From contig NC_058369.1 of NCBI RefSeq assembly GCF_018350175.1, forward strand, positions 15,440,001 through 15,500,000: a stretch of 60,000 bases of DNA. The letters are read 5' to 3'. Of this stretch, positions 1 through 11,340 are shown in pieces. The first letter of the stretch is position 1, and each line of letters opens with the position of its first letter. The notes under the pieces are model-generated. The model was not told the origin of the DNA. It ran no database searches and saw nothing but the letters and a program-made list of their open reading frames with translations. The DNA is from Felis catus. Its lineage: Eukaryota. The position numbers and the translations under genes are program-made.

Positions 1-3000
1 AAAAAAAGGGAACATTTAGAAAAAATAGGCAAGCCAGGCCTGTTGAGGAAAAAGGTTGAAGCAGTAAACTTGGAGGAATTTTAATCCTGTTGGCAGAATC
101 AGCCTTTTATATGGTATTTTCACCTCGTGTCCGGAAACCTTAGTGTTACCTGCTTCCCTGATCCCATGCATGCTGGTTAGTTTCTTGGAGCTCCACCTGG
201 GTGACAGTGATACCTCTTTGGGGCTGGACACCCCCTTTTCCTTAAGAGGTAGCTCAGGCCACAGTCTGATGAGGGTCCGGGAAGCTCCCAACCTTCTTCG
301 GGCCCCACTGTGGCCATCCGCTTCTGTCCCAAGGCACACAGTGACATGGCAAGGAACGGAGCAAGGGACAAAAAGCCAAGAGCTGGAGACCGTACACGGG
401 AGCCTCGCTTCAGCCCTTAGATCAAGTCTGATTTGGGCGGCGCGGCAGGTTACGAGCGGCCTCTGCAACTTTTCCTCGATAGTAGTTATTGGAAGGGGAG
501 CCTGTGACTTGCTAGGGGCGACCTCTTGACTCACTGGAGCAGCCGTCTTTCTTACTGAGTCAGCTTCCTTGGTTTGGGGTTTACTGATCGGTGGCCTGAG
601 GCTGCCGGGAGCAATGGCCCAGTGGTGTCAGATGGAGGAGGTCTGGGGCCACGTGGAGAAGTCCACCAGAGACCGTGGCAGGCCTTCCGTGGCCTAGGGG
701 GCCTCTTGGCAGGCCAGCACTCAGACGAGATGGCCTCCAGACCAAAAGCTGGGCATCAGAAGTTTTCATTTACAGGCGGTTTGGCTCCTGAACTGAGTCG
801 CAGAGGAGTTATGAGGCCACCAGGGCCCACAGACAGGCCACAGCGCGCAGCTGGCCTCCAACACTCCTGCTGGGCCAGCGTTGGCCACCACGGACCAAGG
901 CCGAGTTAGGGCATGGCTCCCGCACCGGCTGTCCCCCTCAGCCTATCTCCTCCTGGGAGCGAAGGCAAGGGGCAGCCACGGCTACAGGGCTGTGCCCCAA
1001 ACACCACTCCGGGGGCTTTGCGGGTGCTCTGGAATTCGGAATTCCCACCTGGGAGCCACGGTGTGGACATAATAACCCACATCCTATAAATAAGAAGCCT
1101 AGAAAGGCACAGTGAACTACCTAAGTCGTACCCACTAGGGACTGTTAGAGCCGGAGTCAGCCCCACATCTGCCTTTCTGTTCCCAGCTCACGCTCTCTCC
1201 ACAGACCAACCTGCCTGCCTGGGAGGCAGGAAGGGGGATGTCTTGGGAGGAGGTACAGCTCGTTCCTGCTCTGTCTATCCGGAGAATTCTGAACCGGAGC
1301 TCTTGCTCCCGCAGACTTGTCCTTCCTTGCACAAGGGGCTGGGCTTTTGTGCCTGAATCTGTCCGTCACTGGCTGCGGGTCACTTCTGGGGGCTGTGTGT
1401 TGGTGGGAGGGGGATGCTAAATAACTTCCTGGGCACGTGGGGGGGGGGGGGGCTCCCGTCAGCTCAGGGAAATCTCTGGAGAAGGGCACAGCTGAGCAGC
1501 CCGCCAGCCTGGAAGAGGACTCACCAGGGTGGAGCACCCAAGGGGACCACCACGAGGAGAGGGGGCAACCGTCCAGGCCTGAGAAGCAGCGAGTCTGTGG
1601 GTGAGGACAGGCTCTAGACAGCAGCCGGCCTCACACAAGAGGAGTGGAATGCGGGCTGGAGTCTGAACAAGCCCAGCGGCCTCTGACCCGCCTGGTGCCA
1701 GCGTGCCAAGCGGCTCGGGGCAGTGCTGCCGGCCTCAAGGCCGAGGAGAAGACCAACCGGAAGGCGTTATCGTCCCCCTTCCGCTGATGACAAAACTGTG
1801 GCTCCAACAGGCCGGGACTTGTTTGAGGCCGTGACCGTGAGCAGTGAAGACTCCGATCTGTGCCCATTCCGCTCAGAGCGCCCGCCCCTCCCTCGTAGGA
1901 CTAGCCTGACGCTTCTGGCAGCCAGTCCAGCGCAGGACGTAAATCGTCCCCATGGACGAGCCCCACCGCGCCCTAGAAGGTCAAGGGACGGCGCAGGGTA
2001 GACAAAATGGGAAGGGTTTGCTCTCCCCTTTCTCCCTGCGAGACAAAGGAGCGGGAAGAAGGAGCAGAAAACATCTGTTTCGTGGGCTGGGTCCCTGCCC
2101 GACCCTCCGAGGGTGGGCGGCCAAAGGCTCTCATCCAAGCCAGTGAGTCTGGAGATTGGAATCTGGGATGACCGGCAGTGAGCAAGCGGGGAGCCCCCCG
2201 AGGGTGGGTGGGTGGGCAGTGCTGGTGCCGGCGGGAAGGGGAAAGGCCAGTCCTGGGGGGCAGAGGCCCCAGATCCAAGGGTGGGGCCAAAGTCGTCCGG
2301 GAGGATCGACCCGGTCTCCTCCGTCTCTGGACCGGCCCGCAGGAGGGAGGGGCGCAGGGATGGTGAGGCCCTGGGCGGGAGGTGGTGGCCGGGCCTGCTG
2401 AAGTCACCCAGCTGGCCTGCGACCCAACACTGATGACTCACCTCCCCCAGCCTCAAGCCCTGAGCTTGAATTTCAGTTCTTGTTCGGCCTCCGGAAGAGC
2501 ATCGCCTATGCCAGACGCCCCGTGCGTGGGACCCACGGCCTGTGATCCCTCGATTTCAGCACCAATAATGTTTACCTTGTACTGGGAACTAATCACGTGC
2601 CAGGCGCTGTTCTAAGTGCTTCACCACAGAAGGGGCCTTGCTCGGTCTACGCAGAGCACATGGCAGAGCTGTGGTTCTGACCCTTTTCCACCAAATCGCT
2701 TCCCAACGGCCCACGCACTTCCTGGATTTTCCATGACGGTCCGGGTTTCTGTTTTCTCTCCAGTTGTCCCCCAAGCACCCTAGAACCTACCAAACCCGCA
2801 CGTCCTGATCTGTGGCTGGGAAGGTCAGTTCGCTGCGGGTGCACACCTGGGTGAGGTCTGGGCTCTCTCTGAGCCTGGGACTGACCAGTCCCAGAGGGCC
2901 ATCACTTCTGGGAGACAGACAGAGCCAGCTTGGCTCAACGCCACATACTGCTGGGAAAATCTCACGGACGGAGATGAGGAGACTTGGCCTGGGCAGCCCT

Positions 3001-3619
3001 CATGGCAGCCGAGGACAGTGCCTTCCCCTGGTCATCCTTTCCACGCACGACAGAAGAACCTCATCTGGGAGTACTGAGCTTGGCCGGCCTGGCCCCACGC
3101 AGAGGAGAACTCACCCACCTCACCCCTGCAGCTGCACTCTCACGAGCTGCCTGCAAAACCCAGAGAGAACGGCGTCCTGGGGAGGGATTCCCCTTCCTCG
3201 GACTGGAAGCCGAGGGGAAGTCTGGAGAGGGTATAATGGACACTGTGCGGACATCTTCGTGAATATGGTATATCTCTCAGTTCCCCTCTTGGAGAATGTA
3301 CTAGACCACTTAGCTACCAGTTACTTCATTATTATCTGCAACACCTTCATGGTGTGCAAGTACCTTGACCGGCCGTTAGTATCTCAATTGTCTTGCCATT
3401 CATCTTTAGCAATGAAACATTTTAGTTGTCAGCTAACTGATAATGTAACTGTGACACCTAACCCCTAAACCCCCGTGGTCTCCCAGCAAACCGCCTTATT
3501 CCTCATTCCCATAAATCTAATCCTCCGGAGAAGGAGCAGGGGAGGAAGTTCTGTTCCATTCTGTTCCGTTCCGTTCCATTCCGGCTTGACAGAGGGACCC
3601 AGGTCGATGCGGGCTCCGT

Positions 3620-4141
3620 CCTGTTCAACTCCTGGCTTTCAAGTTTGCTCTGGACGTTGACATCCAGCCTGCAGATGAGGAGAGAGAGGTTTGGCGTTTC
3701 ACAGGAAGGGTTTTTGTTGTGGTTTACGTTTATTTATTTATTTTGAGAGAGAGAGAGAGAGAGAGACAGAGTGTGGGGGGGGGGGGCAGAGGGAGAGGCA
3801 TAGAGAGAATCCCAAGCAGGCTCTGCACTGTCAGCACAGAGACCGACTCGGGGCTCGAAGTCACGAACCGGGAGATCAGGACCCAAATCAAGAGTCAGGT
3901 GAGCCAAAGTCAGGTGCTTAACCGACTGAGCCACCCAGGCGCACCCCTCCCAAGGAGATTTTTACGTGCCAGGTCTGGAAGGGGCATACATCTCTTCTGG
4001 CCTCTCTCTCCTGGCCAGAATGCGGTCACCTGGCCTCAGGGGATCTTGGAAGCATGGTCCCAGCTGCAGCCCCTTCCTGGCCATAACTCTGCACGAGGGA
4101 AGGGGAACCTGTGTGTGGAGGCAGCCAGCTGCCTCCGCCAC
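3620..4141. mobile_element. MLT1 (ERVL-MaLR, MLT1J/K-like) LTR relic, interrupted by a SINE
   Basis: gccaggtctggaaggggcatacatc...ctggccagaatgcggtcacctggcc and ataactctgcacgagggaagggg...cagccagctgcctccgccac resemble the MLT1K consensus. Confidence 0.6.
3711..3947 (-). mobile_element. Can-SINE
   Basis: Reverse-complement tRNA-like head, (GA)n body and T-rich tail. Confidence 0.9.
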
Positions 4142-4465
4142 CGTCTTCACGTCCAAACTCTCGGTCAAGTGTGCATCTTCGAGATCTTCCCCGTCTGCTA
4201 CCCCGTGCAGTCACAAGCATCTCCTGAGTGACCACTGTTTACCTTCTAAATCCGTGAGAGCTGCTAGCCGTGGCTCCAAAACTGCTTGTAGTCACAGACC
4301 CGCTCCTCCCCTGCCCAGCCGATGCCCGCTCTGCCCTCTGTCGGGGCCTCGCCCCACGGAAATGCATGAAATTGCAACCTGCCTGTGCCATCTCGTAAGT
4401 GACTGTAAAGGTTGGTTGATTGGTCCCCAAGTCTCCCCTGTGAGTGTTTGGAGGATGCGGGACAT

Positions 4466-4497
4466 TTTTAATTTTTGTTTTTTTAATGTTTATTTAT

Positions 4498-4549
<52 letters not shown>

Positions 4550-4713
4550 AAGTGGGGGAGGGGCAGAGAGAGAGGGAGACACAGAATCCGAAGCAGGCTC
4601 CAGGCTCCGAGCTGTCAGTGCAGAGAACCACGCAGGGCTCGAACTCACGAACTATGAGATAGTGACCTGAGCCGAAGTCAGCTGCTTAACCCACTGAGCC
4701 ACGCAGGTGCCCC
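4466..4713 (-). mobile_element. Can-SINE with expanded (GA)n
   Basis: Full-length; flanked by ggatgcgggacatttt / ggatgtgggacatttt target-site duplication (TSD). Confidence 0.93.
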
Positions 4714-4911
4714 GAAGGATGTGGGACATTTTGAAAGGCAGAGAAAAGCAGGCGTTCCAGATGCCCTGCAGGAAACCCGGGAAATTCTTCAGATTCCTGC
4801 TTCTGAAGGGTCACATTTGTTCATTCAGAGTGGAAATGTGGCACATCCCTGAATGTGTCGCTGTGTTGTGGTCCTGGAGATTTGCACTTCACCCCCCCCG
4901 CCTCGCCCCAC

Positions 4912-4913
<2 letters not shown>

Positions 4914-4945
<32 letters not shown>
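4914..4945. repeat. (CA)n microsatellite
   Basis: Direct inspection. Confidence 0.95.
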
Positions 4946-4946
<1 letters not shown>

Positions 4947-5369
4947 GCATACATATAGCACACACACGAAACACATAAGGCCATCTATCTTTGCCTGACA
5001 GAGGGCAGACTTCACAGCCACGTGACGAGGGGGCTGTGGGGAGGGCAGTTCAGTCTTGACAGTGGATCAGAGTCACAGCTTTCGGTCAAGGAGGTGCCTG
5101 AGGCGGCTGCCACAGTGGACCATTACGCATGAAGGACCCCCATCCGCACCAGTGTTCAGGTGGGACCCCGTCACCCGAGACATCGAATGGCACAGGCTTC
5201 CCTCCTCCGACAGCACCCACCTAGGGTGGGAGGCGTCCGTGTTGGTAATAAGAGGACGGTAACCGTAATCAGGACACCATTCCTAGTGGCCGCTGCAGAT
5301 TGACCCATTGCCTTCGTTCCAGGCGCGGAGCTCGACAAACGGGCTGGCAGGTGAGACAAGGCCCCTTGG

Positions 5370-5670
5370 TCAGAGTCCCAGCTCTGCCATTTCCTGACCC
5401 TGAGAACTTGGCAGGTTACTTAACCTTCCCGAGGCTCCGTTTCCTCGCCTGTGCCAATGCGGTGACAGTTCCAACCTTGGCATCGTCGTGAAGATTCTGG
5501 TGTGTATAAAAAGGCTCGGAGCCTAGCCAAGTACCCTTACAGTGATACGCTTGATCCCGTTTAATCCTCACACTGTGGGGGGCTTAACAAGCAGGACCCC
5601 ACTTCACAGACGAGCAGACTGAGGCTGGGAGGTGTCAGGTAACCCGAGATCACCAGCTAGTAAGTGGCCG
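5370..5670. mobile_element. Two MIR fragments in opposite orientation
   Basis: cccagctctgccatttcct...ttacttaacc...ctccgtttcctcgcctgt (+), then tttaatcctcac...cacttcacagacgagcagactgaggct...cagctagtaagtggc (-). Confidence 0.7.
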
Positions 5671-7350
5671 TAGGTGGGTGCTGTTGAGTTCTGTTTCATG
5701 ATCTGGGTGCTGACTGCAGACTTTATGTGAGTTATTTGTGTTGTGCGCTCAGTACGTGTGCCTTTTCTGAATCTGTTTCCTCAGATGTTTCCTTTTTTGA
5801 AAACGTATAACACCAGAGACAAAACCAAAACAAGCCAGTCGTGACCCACCCAGCGTGGCATCGGGTACCATCTACCTCCTCACAATTTTTCCCTTTCCAC
5901 AGGGTACCACCAGGCTGAGGCAGGGAATGAATGGGCTCTGGTATACAGTAAGTGCTTAGCACACACTAGCTCCCTTCCTCCCCGCTCCCCACGTTCCTGG
6001 CAACATGTCCGTTCCACCGGGGTATGATTGCTAAAGTGGTTCGCAAGAGTGTCTCAGCCTGCACGGCCCATGGAGAGGCTTCTGAGGGCATTTTGGTAAT
6101 GTCCTAACAATCCGTGCATTTGGGGGGCGGCATGCTCCTATAGACAAGCCACAAAGGTGCCTGCTTCCCTCCCCCCCACCCCAGGAGAGTGGAAAGAGTT
6201 TAAAATGCCTAGGCTGCCTCTTCTGTAAGGTTACAGGTATGGTTGTATAGGTTGCACACTGCACAAAGATACCTAGTCGGGGGGAACAAGCCTTGTGCCC
6301 GCAGGACTATAACTGCCCAGAGCAGGCAGTTTTTCTCATTCATATAAATATGTTACAGAGGGGATCAGTGGATTTGCCCCTCAGCCCCTAAGCAAATTCT
6401 TTCCTACCAATGCCTCTCGGCTTCGGTGTCCTCAGCATCAGGTCAGAATGAGCTCAAACACTGACCTTCAACATTGGTCCAAAGCGCTGATGTGATTCCA
6501 AGGGCGGAGAAGTGGTTTACAGACTTCTGGGTGAGGCTTGGGGGTGCAGTACAACGCTGCGTTCTGACTCAGGCCCTCCGCGGGCTCTTTGACCTTGAGC
6601 ACGCTGGCTACAACACGGCCAAGACGTTTGTGTCCTTAATTACCAAACTGACCCGGCGACGCCAGCTGGTAGGTGAGATGGGCGCCCTGGGAGGGAAAAC
6701 TGTTGAAAATAGCCTGGGGATGTCTTGTGAACTGAAAACTCACGTGCGGCCCTCGATGACAGCCTGGGGATTTCTTGGCAGCCTAACAAGTGGATCTCCT
6801 GCAGCGTCTCCGCTGAGGCTTTGGTTCTGGCTCCTTGTGCCTGGGCCGCCACAGGATGGGTTTGGGGGGTCAGTCCCACGGCATTGGTGGGGCACAGCGG
6901 CCCCTATGTTGCAAATATAGTTGGTGTGTGTTTCAAGTCTTGATAGGCAAGCACCAGGCTGATCCCAAGGGCTGGAAGCCTGCGGGGGAGGCAGCTTCAA
7001 GGCAAAAGGCCACGTGGAGAAAGCCGCCAGAGGAAGCACTATGGGTTTATTTTAAGTCTAGAAAGAAGGAAGGCTGAGGGAGCGTCATACGGTGCAGAAA
7101 TCAGGGCCCAGAAGTCCCTGGCCTTTGCTTGGATATCACCCCTGAGGCAGGAATGAAAAGGAACTAAGTGTTCTACTTACCCTAATGCTGGGGCCAGAAC
7201 CCAAGAGAGTCAGGAAGGGGAGAGGGTTGGGGACAACCGTCTTGGCTCAAATACGACCCATTGGCTATGTCGGCGGTTCCAGACCCTAGCTGTGGATCAG
7301 AACGATCCTCTGTGGGCCAGAACTAAAGACCACTGGATGGTGGAATAATG

Positions 7351-7566
7351 CAGAGATTGCCCAACTGTGGCCCATTGGCCAAATCTGGCCCACCACCTGT
7401 TTTTATAGATAAAGTTTTATTGGAACACTGCCATGCTTAATCGTCTATATGTTTATCAGTGGCTGCTTTTGCACAGAGTTGAGAAGCTGTGGCAGAAACT
7501 CTGTGGCTCACGGAACCTAAAATATTTATTATCTGGCACTGTACAGAGAAAGTTTCTTGACTCTTG
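7351..7566 (+). mobile_element. MER58A-like hAT-Charlie MITE
   Basis: ggccaaatctggcccaccacctgttttt...ataaagttttattggaacac...cctaaaatatttattatctggc...acagagaaagttt follows the MER58A consensus end to end. Confidence 0.85.
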
Positions 7567-7775
7567 GAACGATGGAAGAGGCTCGGAGGGTCTAAAAACT
7601 TGGGTTTAGTTTTGGGGCACCTTTCTCCTACCTGGTGACCTTGGGCAAAGCGTTAGACTCTCCAAGCCTGAGTATCTTTATCTTCCTTAAGTTGGATGGT
7701 AATGGTCTGCCCAGAATGGTTTACCCAGTTATCATGAGCATCCAATAGGTTATACATCTATTATATTTCTTTGTA

Positions 7776-7998
7776 TTTTTTTTTTAATTTTTTTCAACGT
7801 TTTTTATTTATTTTTGGGACAGAGAGAGACAGAGCATGAACGGGGGAGGGGCAGAGAGAGAGGGAGACACAGAATCGGAAACAGGCTCCAGGTTCTGAGC
7901 CATCAGCCCAGAGCCTGACGCGGGGCTCGAACCCACGGACCGCGAGATCGTGACCTGGCTGAAGTCGGACGCTTAACCGACTGCGCCACCCAGGTGCC
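7776..7998 (-). mobile_element. Young felid Can-SINE (SINEC_Fc type)
   Basis: Diagnostic cgtgacctggctgaagtcgg...ctgcgccacc; perfect TSD ttatatttctttgtattttt. Confidence 0.95.
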
Positions 7999-8015
7999 TT
8001 TATATTTCTTTGTAT

Positions 8016-8243
8016 TTTTTAATGGTTATTTTAATGTTTATTTACTTTTGAGAGAGAGAGAGAGAGAGGGAGAGTACGAGCGGGGGAGGAACAGAGAGAG
8101 AGAGAAAGACACAGAATCCGAAGCAGGCTCCAGGCTCTAAACTGTCAACACAGAGCCTGACGCGGGGCTCAAACCCACAGACCATGAGATCATGACCTGA
8201 GCCGAAGTCGGACACTTCACCGACTGAGCCACCCAGGCACCCC
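8016..8243 (-). mobile_element. Can-SINE
   Basis: Full-length reverse copy abutting the previous one. Confidence 0.93.
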
Positions 8244-8294
8244 AAAGAATATTTTTTTCTAAGAAAAAATTGTCTTTTATTTTTACCCAAACAC

Positions 8295-8960
8295 ATACCA
8301 ATTCTGGTGTTCTTGATTCTTCCTGCAGATCTGACCTTTCATCTGAGATAATTTCCCTTTAGCCTTAAAGCATTTTCTTTAGTGTTTCTTATCGTGGTTC
8401 TACTGGCAGTAAATTCTCAAGTTTTCTCAGCTTTTGTGTGAAGAAAATGTTTTCCCTGTACTTTTCACTAGAGACTTCTGGGTTGACACGTTTTTCCTTC
8501 AGCATTTTAGGCGCCATATTCCGTTGACTTCTGGTTCTTTGTTTCTGAGGAAAATCAGTCACCTTTGTTGTCCCACTGAAGATGCCCTTTGGCCTTTGGC
8601 TATTTTTTTAGATTTTCTCTTTAACCCTGGGGCCCCTGGGTGGCTCAGTCCGTTAAGCGTCTGACTCTTGGTTTCAGCTTAGGACATGATCCCACGGTTC
8701 TTGAGTTCGAGCCCCGCGTCGAGCTCCACACATTCAGTACAGAACCTGCCAGGGAGTCTGTCTCTCTCTCTCCCTCTCTCTCTGCCCCTGCCCCCACACA
8801 CACTTGCTCTCTCTCTCTCTCTCAGAGTAAATAAATAAACTTAAAAACAAGATTTTCTCTTTAACCCTGTATTTCAGTGGTTTGAGCTGGACCTGCTTAG
8901 ATGTGGTTTTCTTTGTATCTGCCCCGCTTGGGGTTCATGAAGAGTCACGGGTCGTCGCTG
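8295..8960 (-). mobile_element. Ancient L1 (L1M) fragment, interrupted by a SINE
   Basis: ctactggcagtaaattctc...cagcttttgtg...ttctgggttgacacgtttttccttcagcatttt...gtttctgaggaaaatcag resembles antisense old L1 ORF1-region sequence. Confidence 0.65.
8629..8849 (+). mobile_element. Can-SINE
   Basis: Flanked by 20-nt TSD agattttctctttaaccctg. Confidence 0.93.
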
Positions 8961-9444
8961 GGATGACCTGGGCTTTGCGTCGTCCTGCCCCTCCCCTGCC
9001 CTCCCCTCACCACCCCTTCCTGCCCCTTCCGCCTTCCTCCCGGGCTCCCGCTGTCCGGACGAGGAAGAGACACCCACAGACACAAGAGCAACGGGTGTCT
9101 GAGACCCAGGGCAGCCCTGAGAGAGAGACGACCCCACAGAGGGTTTTTCCCTAAACACCTCCCCGGAGTCAGGCCCTCCGGGGTGTGTGGGCATCCACGC
9201 AGAGCCGCCGTGCCCCCCTCAGCGCCGACGTCTTGGGTTCGGATGCCTGCCCCCCCTGCTTTCCTTCCTTTTCCTCTCAATTTGGAATCCAGATGCGAGC
9301 CTGCTTTTCAGTACAGGCTTAGTGTGAGGTCTGTACGTACACGGGGGCGGGGGGGAGGGCACATTTTCAGCCCAAGTGACCCACTGCTCCCCGGGGGACG
9401 ACAGTGCCTCACCAGGGCCTTATCCAGGCCCTTCCGCCTCCCCA

Positions 9445-9665
9445 TTTATTTATTTATTCATTTATTTATGTTTATGTATTTATTTTGAGAGAGAGAGAGG
9501 TGAGGGCGAGGGGCACAAAGAGAGGAAGAGAGAGAATCCCAACCTGACTCCACGCTAGCAGCGCTGACCCCGACGAGGGACTTGATCCCACGAACGGTGA
9601 GATCAGGACCTGAGTCGAAATCAGGATTCAGATGGATGCTTAACCAATGAACCACCCTGGCGCCC
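9445..9665 (-). mobile_element. Can-SINE (diverged)
   Basis: Reverse copy with ctccccattt repeated on both sides. Confidence 0.85.
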
Positions 9666-9737
9666 TGTGTCTCCCCATTTTTCAATCCATCTGTGAGAGG
9701 GGCGCCTGGCTGGCTCTGTCAGTAAAACATGTGGCTC

Positions 9738-9971
9738 TTTTTTTTTTTTAATATGTTAATATTTATTTATTTCTGAGACAGAGAGAGAGACAGAGTGCAA
9801 GTGGGGGAGGGGCACACAGAGAGGGAGACACAGATTCCCAAGCAGGCTCCAGGCTCTGAGCCGTCAGCACGGAGCCCGACGCGGGGCCTGAACTCAGGGA
9901 CCGCGAGATCATGACCTGAGCTGAAACCAAGAGTCGGACGCTCAGTGGGACTGAGTCACCCGGGCGCCCCC
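9738..9971 (-). mobile_element. Can-SINE nested in older SINE
   Basis: TSD aaaacatgtggctctt / aaaacatgccactctt. Confidence 0.92.
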
Positions 9972-10036
9972 AAAACATGCCACTCTTGATCTCAGGGATG
10001 TAAGCTGGGGTCCTGTGTTGGGTGCAGTAATTACTT

Positions 10037-10257
10037 AAAAATAAAATAAAATAAAATAAAATAAAATAAAATAAAATAAAATAAAATAAAATAAAATAAA
10101 ATAAAATAAAATAAAATAAAATAAAATAATAAAATAAAATAATAAAATAAAATAAAATAAAATAATAAAATAAAATAATAAAATAAAATAAAATAAATAA
10201 AATAAAATAAAATAAAATAAAATAAAATAAAATAAAATAAAATAAATAAAATAAAAT
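10037..10257. repeat. (AAAAT)n pentanucleotide array, ~220 nt
   Basis: Direct inspection; a few AAT/AAAT interruptions. Confidence 0.97.
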
Positions 10258-10463
10258 CCATTCGTGAGAATAACCAGCCGGGATGAAGGTTTAACTGGTG
10301 GGGGTTCCTCCCTGAATCTGGAATAAGTCCAGAACCCCTGACCAGCCCTGGGGGGCTGCCTCCTGCACCCTCGGTCCTGCCCCAGCGGCCACACGCCCCT
10401 TCAGTTCCTGCGGGGGGCGGGGGCACCTCCGTGCCCTTGCACCACAGCACCCTCCTGGGTTAC

Positions 10464-10547
10464 TTTTTATTTTTTAAGCGTATTTATTTATTTTGAGAGA
10501 GAGAGGGCACAGCGGGGGAGGGACAGAGAGAGAGAGGGAGACAGAGC
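10464..10547 (-). mobile_element. 5'-truncated Can-SINE
   Basis: Only the tail and (GA)-rich body are present. Confidence 0.75.
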
Positions 10548-10619
10548 CTTGTCCCTCCTGCCCTACAGCGCTCGCCCTCCAGCTGGCACTTGTACCACCG
10601 GGAACCCTCAATCCCCTCG

Positions 10620-10780
10620 CGTGACCGTCCGTGTGCCCCCGCCGCCCGTGAGGCCGAGTGCCACACGGGCGGCGGCGGGCCCGGCCGCCTTGTTTCCCCG
10701 GGGCAGCCCCAGCGCTTGGCGCGGGGCCTGGCACCGAGTCGGCGCTCCGTAACTGTTGGTCGAGCGAATGAGCGGAATGC
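10620..10780 (+). mobile_element. L2 3' end, strongly GC-shifted
   Basis: ccccagcgcttggcgcggggcctggcaccgagtcggcgctccgtaactgttggtcgagcgaatgagcg is colinear with the L2 terminus ccccagcgcctagcacagtgcctggcacatagtaggcgctcaataaatatttgttgaatgaatg. Confidence 0.72.
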
Positions 10781-10859
10781 CATCGCGCCTTCTCCAGATC
10801 TGCGTCACCGTCACCGTCACCGTCACCGGGGGATTCTGACCACTCCTGGGGGCGCTGGT

Positions 10860-11340
10860 TGGAGGGGAGCCACGCGGGCCGCCCGGGGCCGGGAAAGTAC
10901 CGCAACCCAGCAGTGGCAGCCACGGAAGCTTCTTCTGTCACCATTCTGGAGACCAGAGGTCCCACCTCGAGGTGTGGGCGGGGGCCCTGCTCCCTCCTGG
11001 AGGCTCCCGGGGCGGGGGAGGGGGAGGGGCGGGGGGGAGGGGGAGGGGGGCCCTTCCTTGCCTCTGCAGCCCCTGGGGACTCCGCGTTCTTCCTTCTTCT
11101 TGGCTTTTGCACCTGCCTTACACAGACCTCCGCCCAGCGTCACGCGGCCTTCTCCTCCCGCGTCTCTGTGTCTCTTTGCATCAAGACGCGGGTCCTGCGG
11201 GACCCTGGAGCCGCCCTACTCCCACGCGACCTCACCTTCACTAGTTACGGGCCGCAGACACCGCCGTTTCCAAAGGAGGCCACCCTGTGCGGCTCCAGGA
11301 AGGGCGTGACTTTTGGGGGGAACACTGCCACCCGGCACGG
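10860..11340. mobile_element. MLT1 (B/C/D-like) LTR, strongly GC-shifted
   Basis: aaagtaccgcaaccc...tcaccattctggagaccagaggtcc...aggtgtgggcggggccctgctccctcctggaggctc...ccttccttgcctct...gacctcaccttcactagttac...tttccaaaggaggccac...ttttggggggaacac follows the MLT1 motif order. Confidence 0.78.

Larger units (their letters stand above)
9699..10257 (+). mobile_element. Short old carnivore SINE (SINEC_old-like) split by a younger SINE, with expanded tail
   Basis: ggggcgcctggctggctctgtcagtaaaacatg...ctcttgatctcaggg...tgttgggtgcagtaattacttaaaaataaaa; outer TSD aatccatctgtgaga / aatccattcgtgaga. Confidence 0.85.

Noticed and set aside
3549..3582. (TTCCR)n-like pentamer run resembling satellite or TEAD sites
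   Set aside because: Only about six degenerate units, consistent with a simple microsatellite.
10031..10450. FYFIL-repeat 'membrane protein' ORFs
   Set aside because: They are translations of the (AAAAT)n microsatellite.
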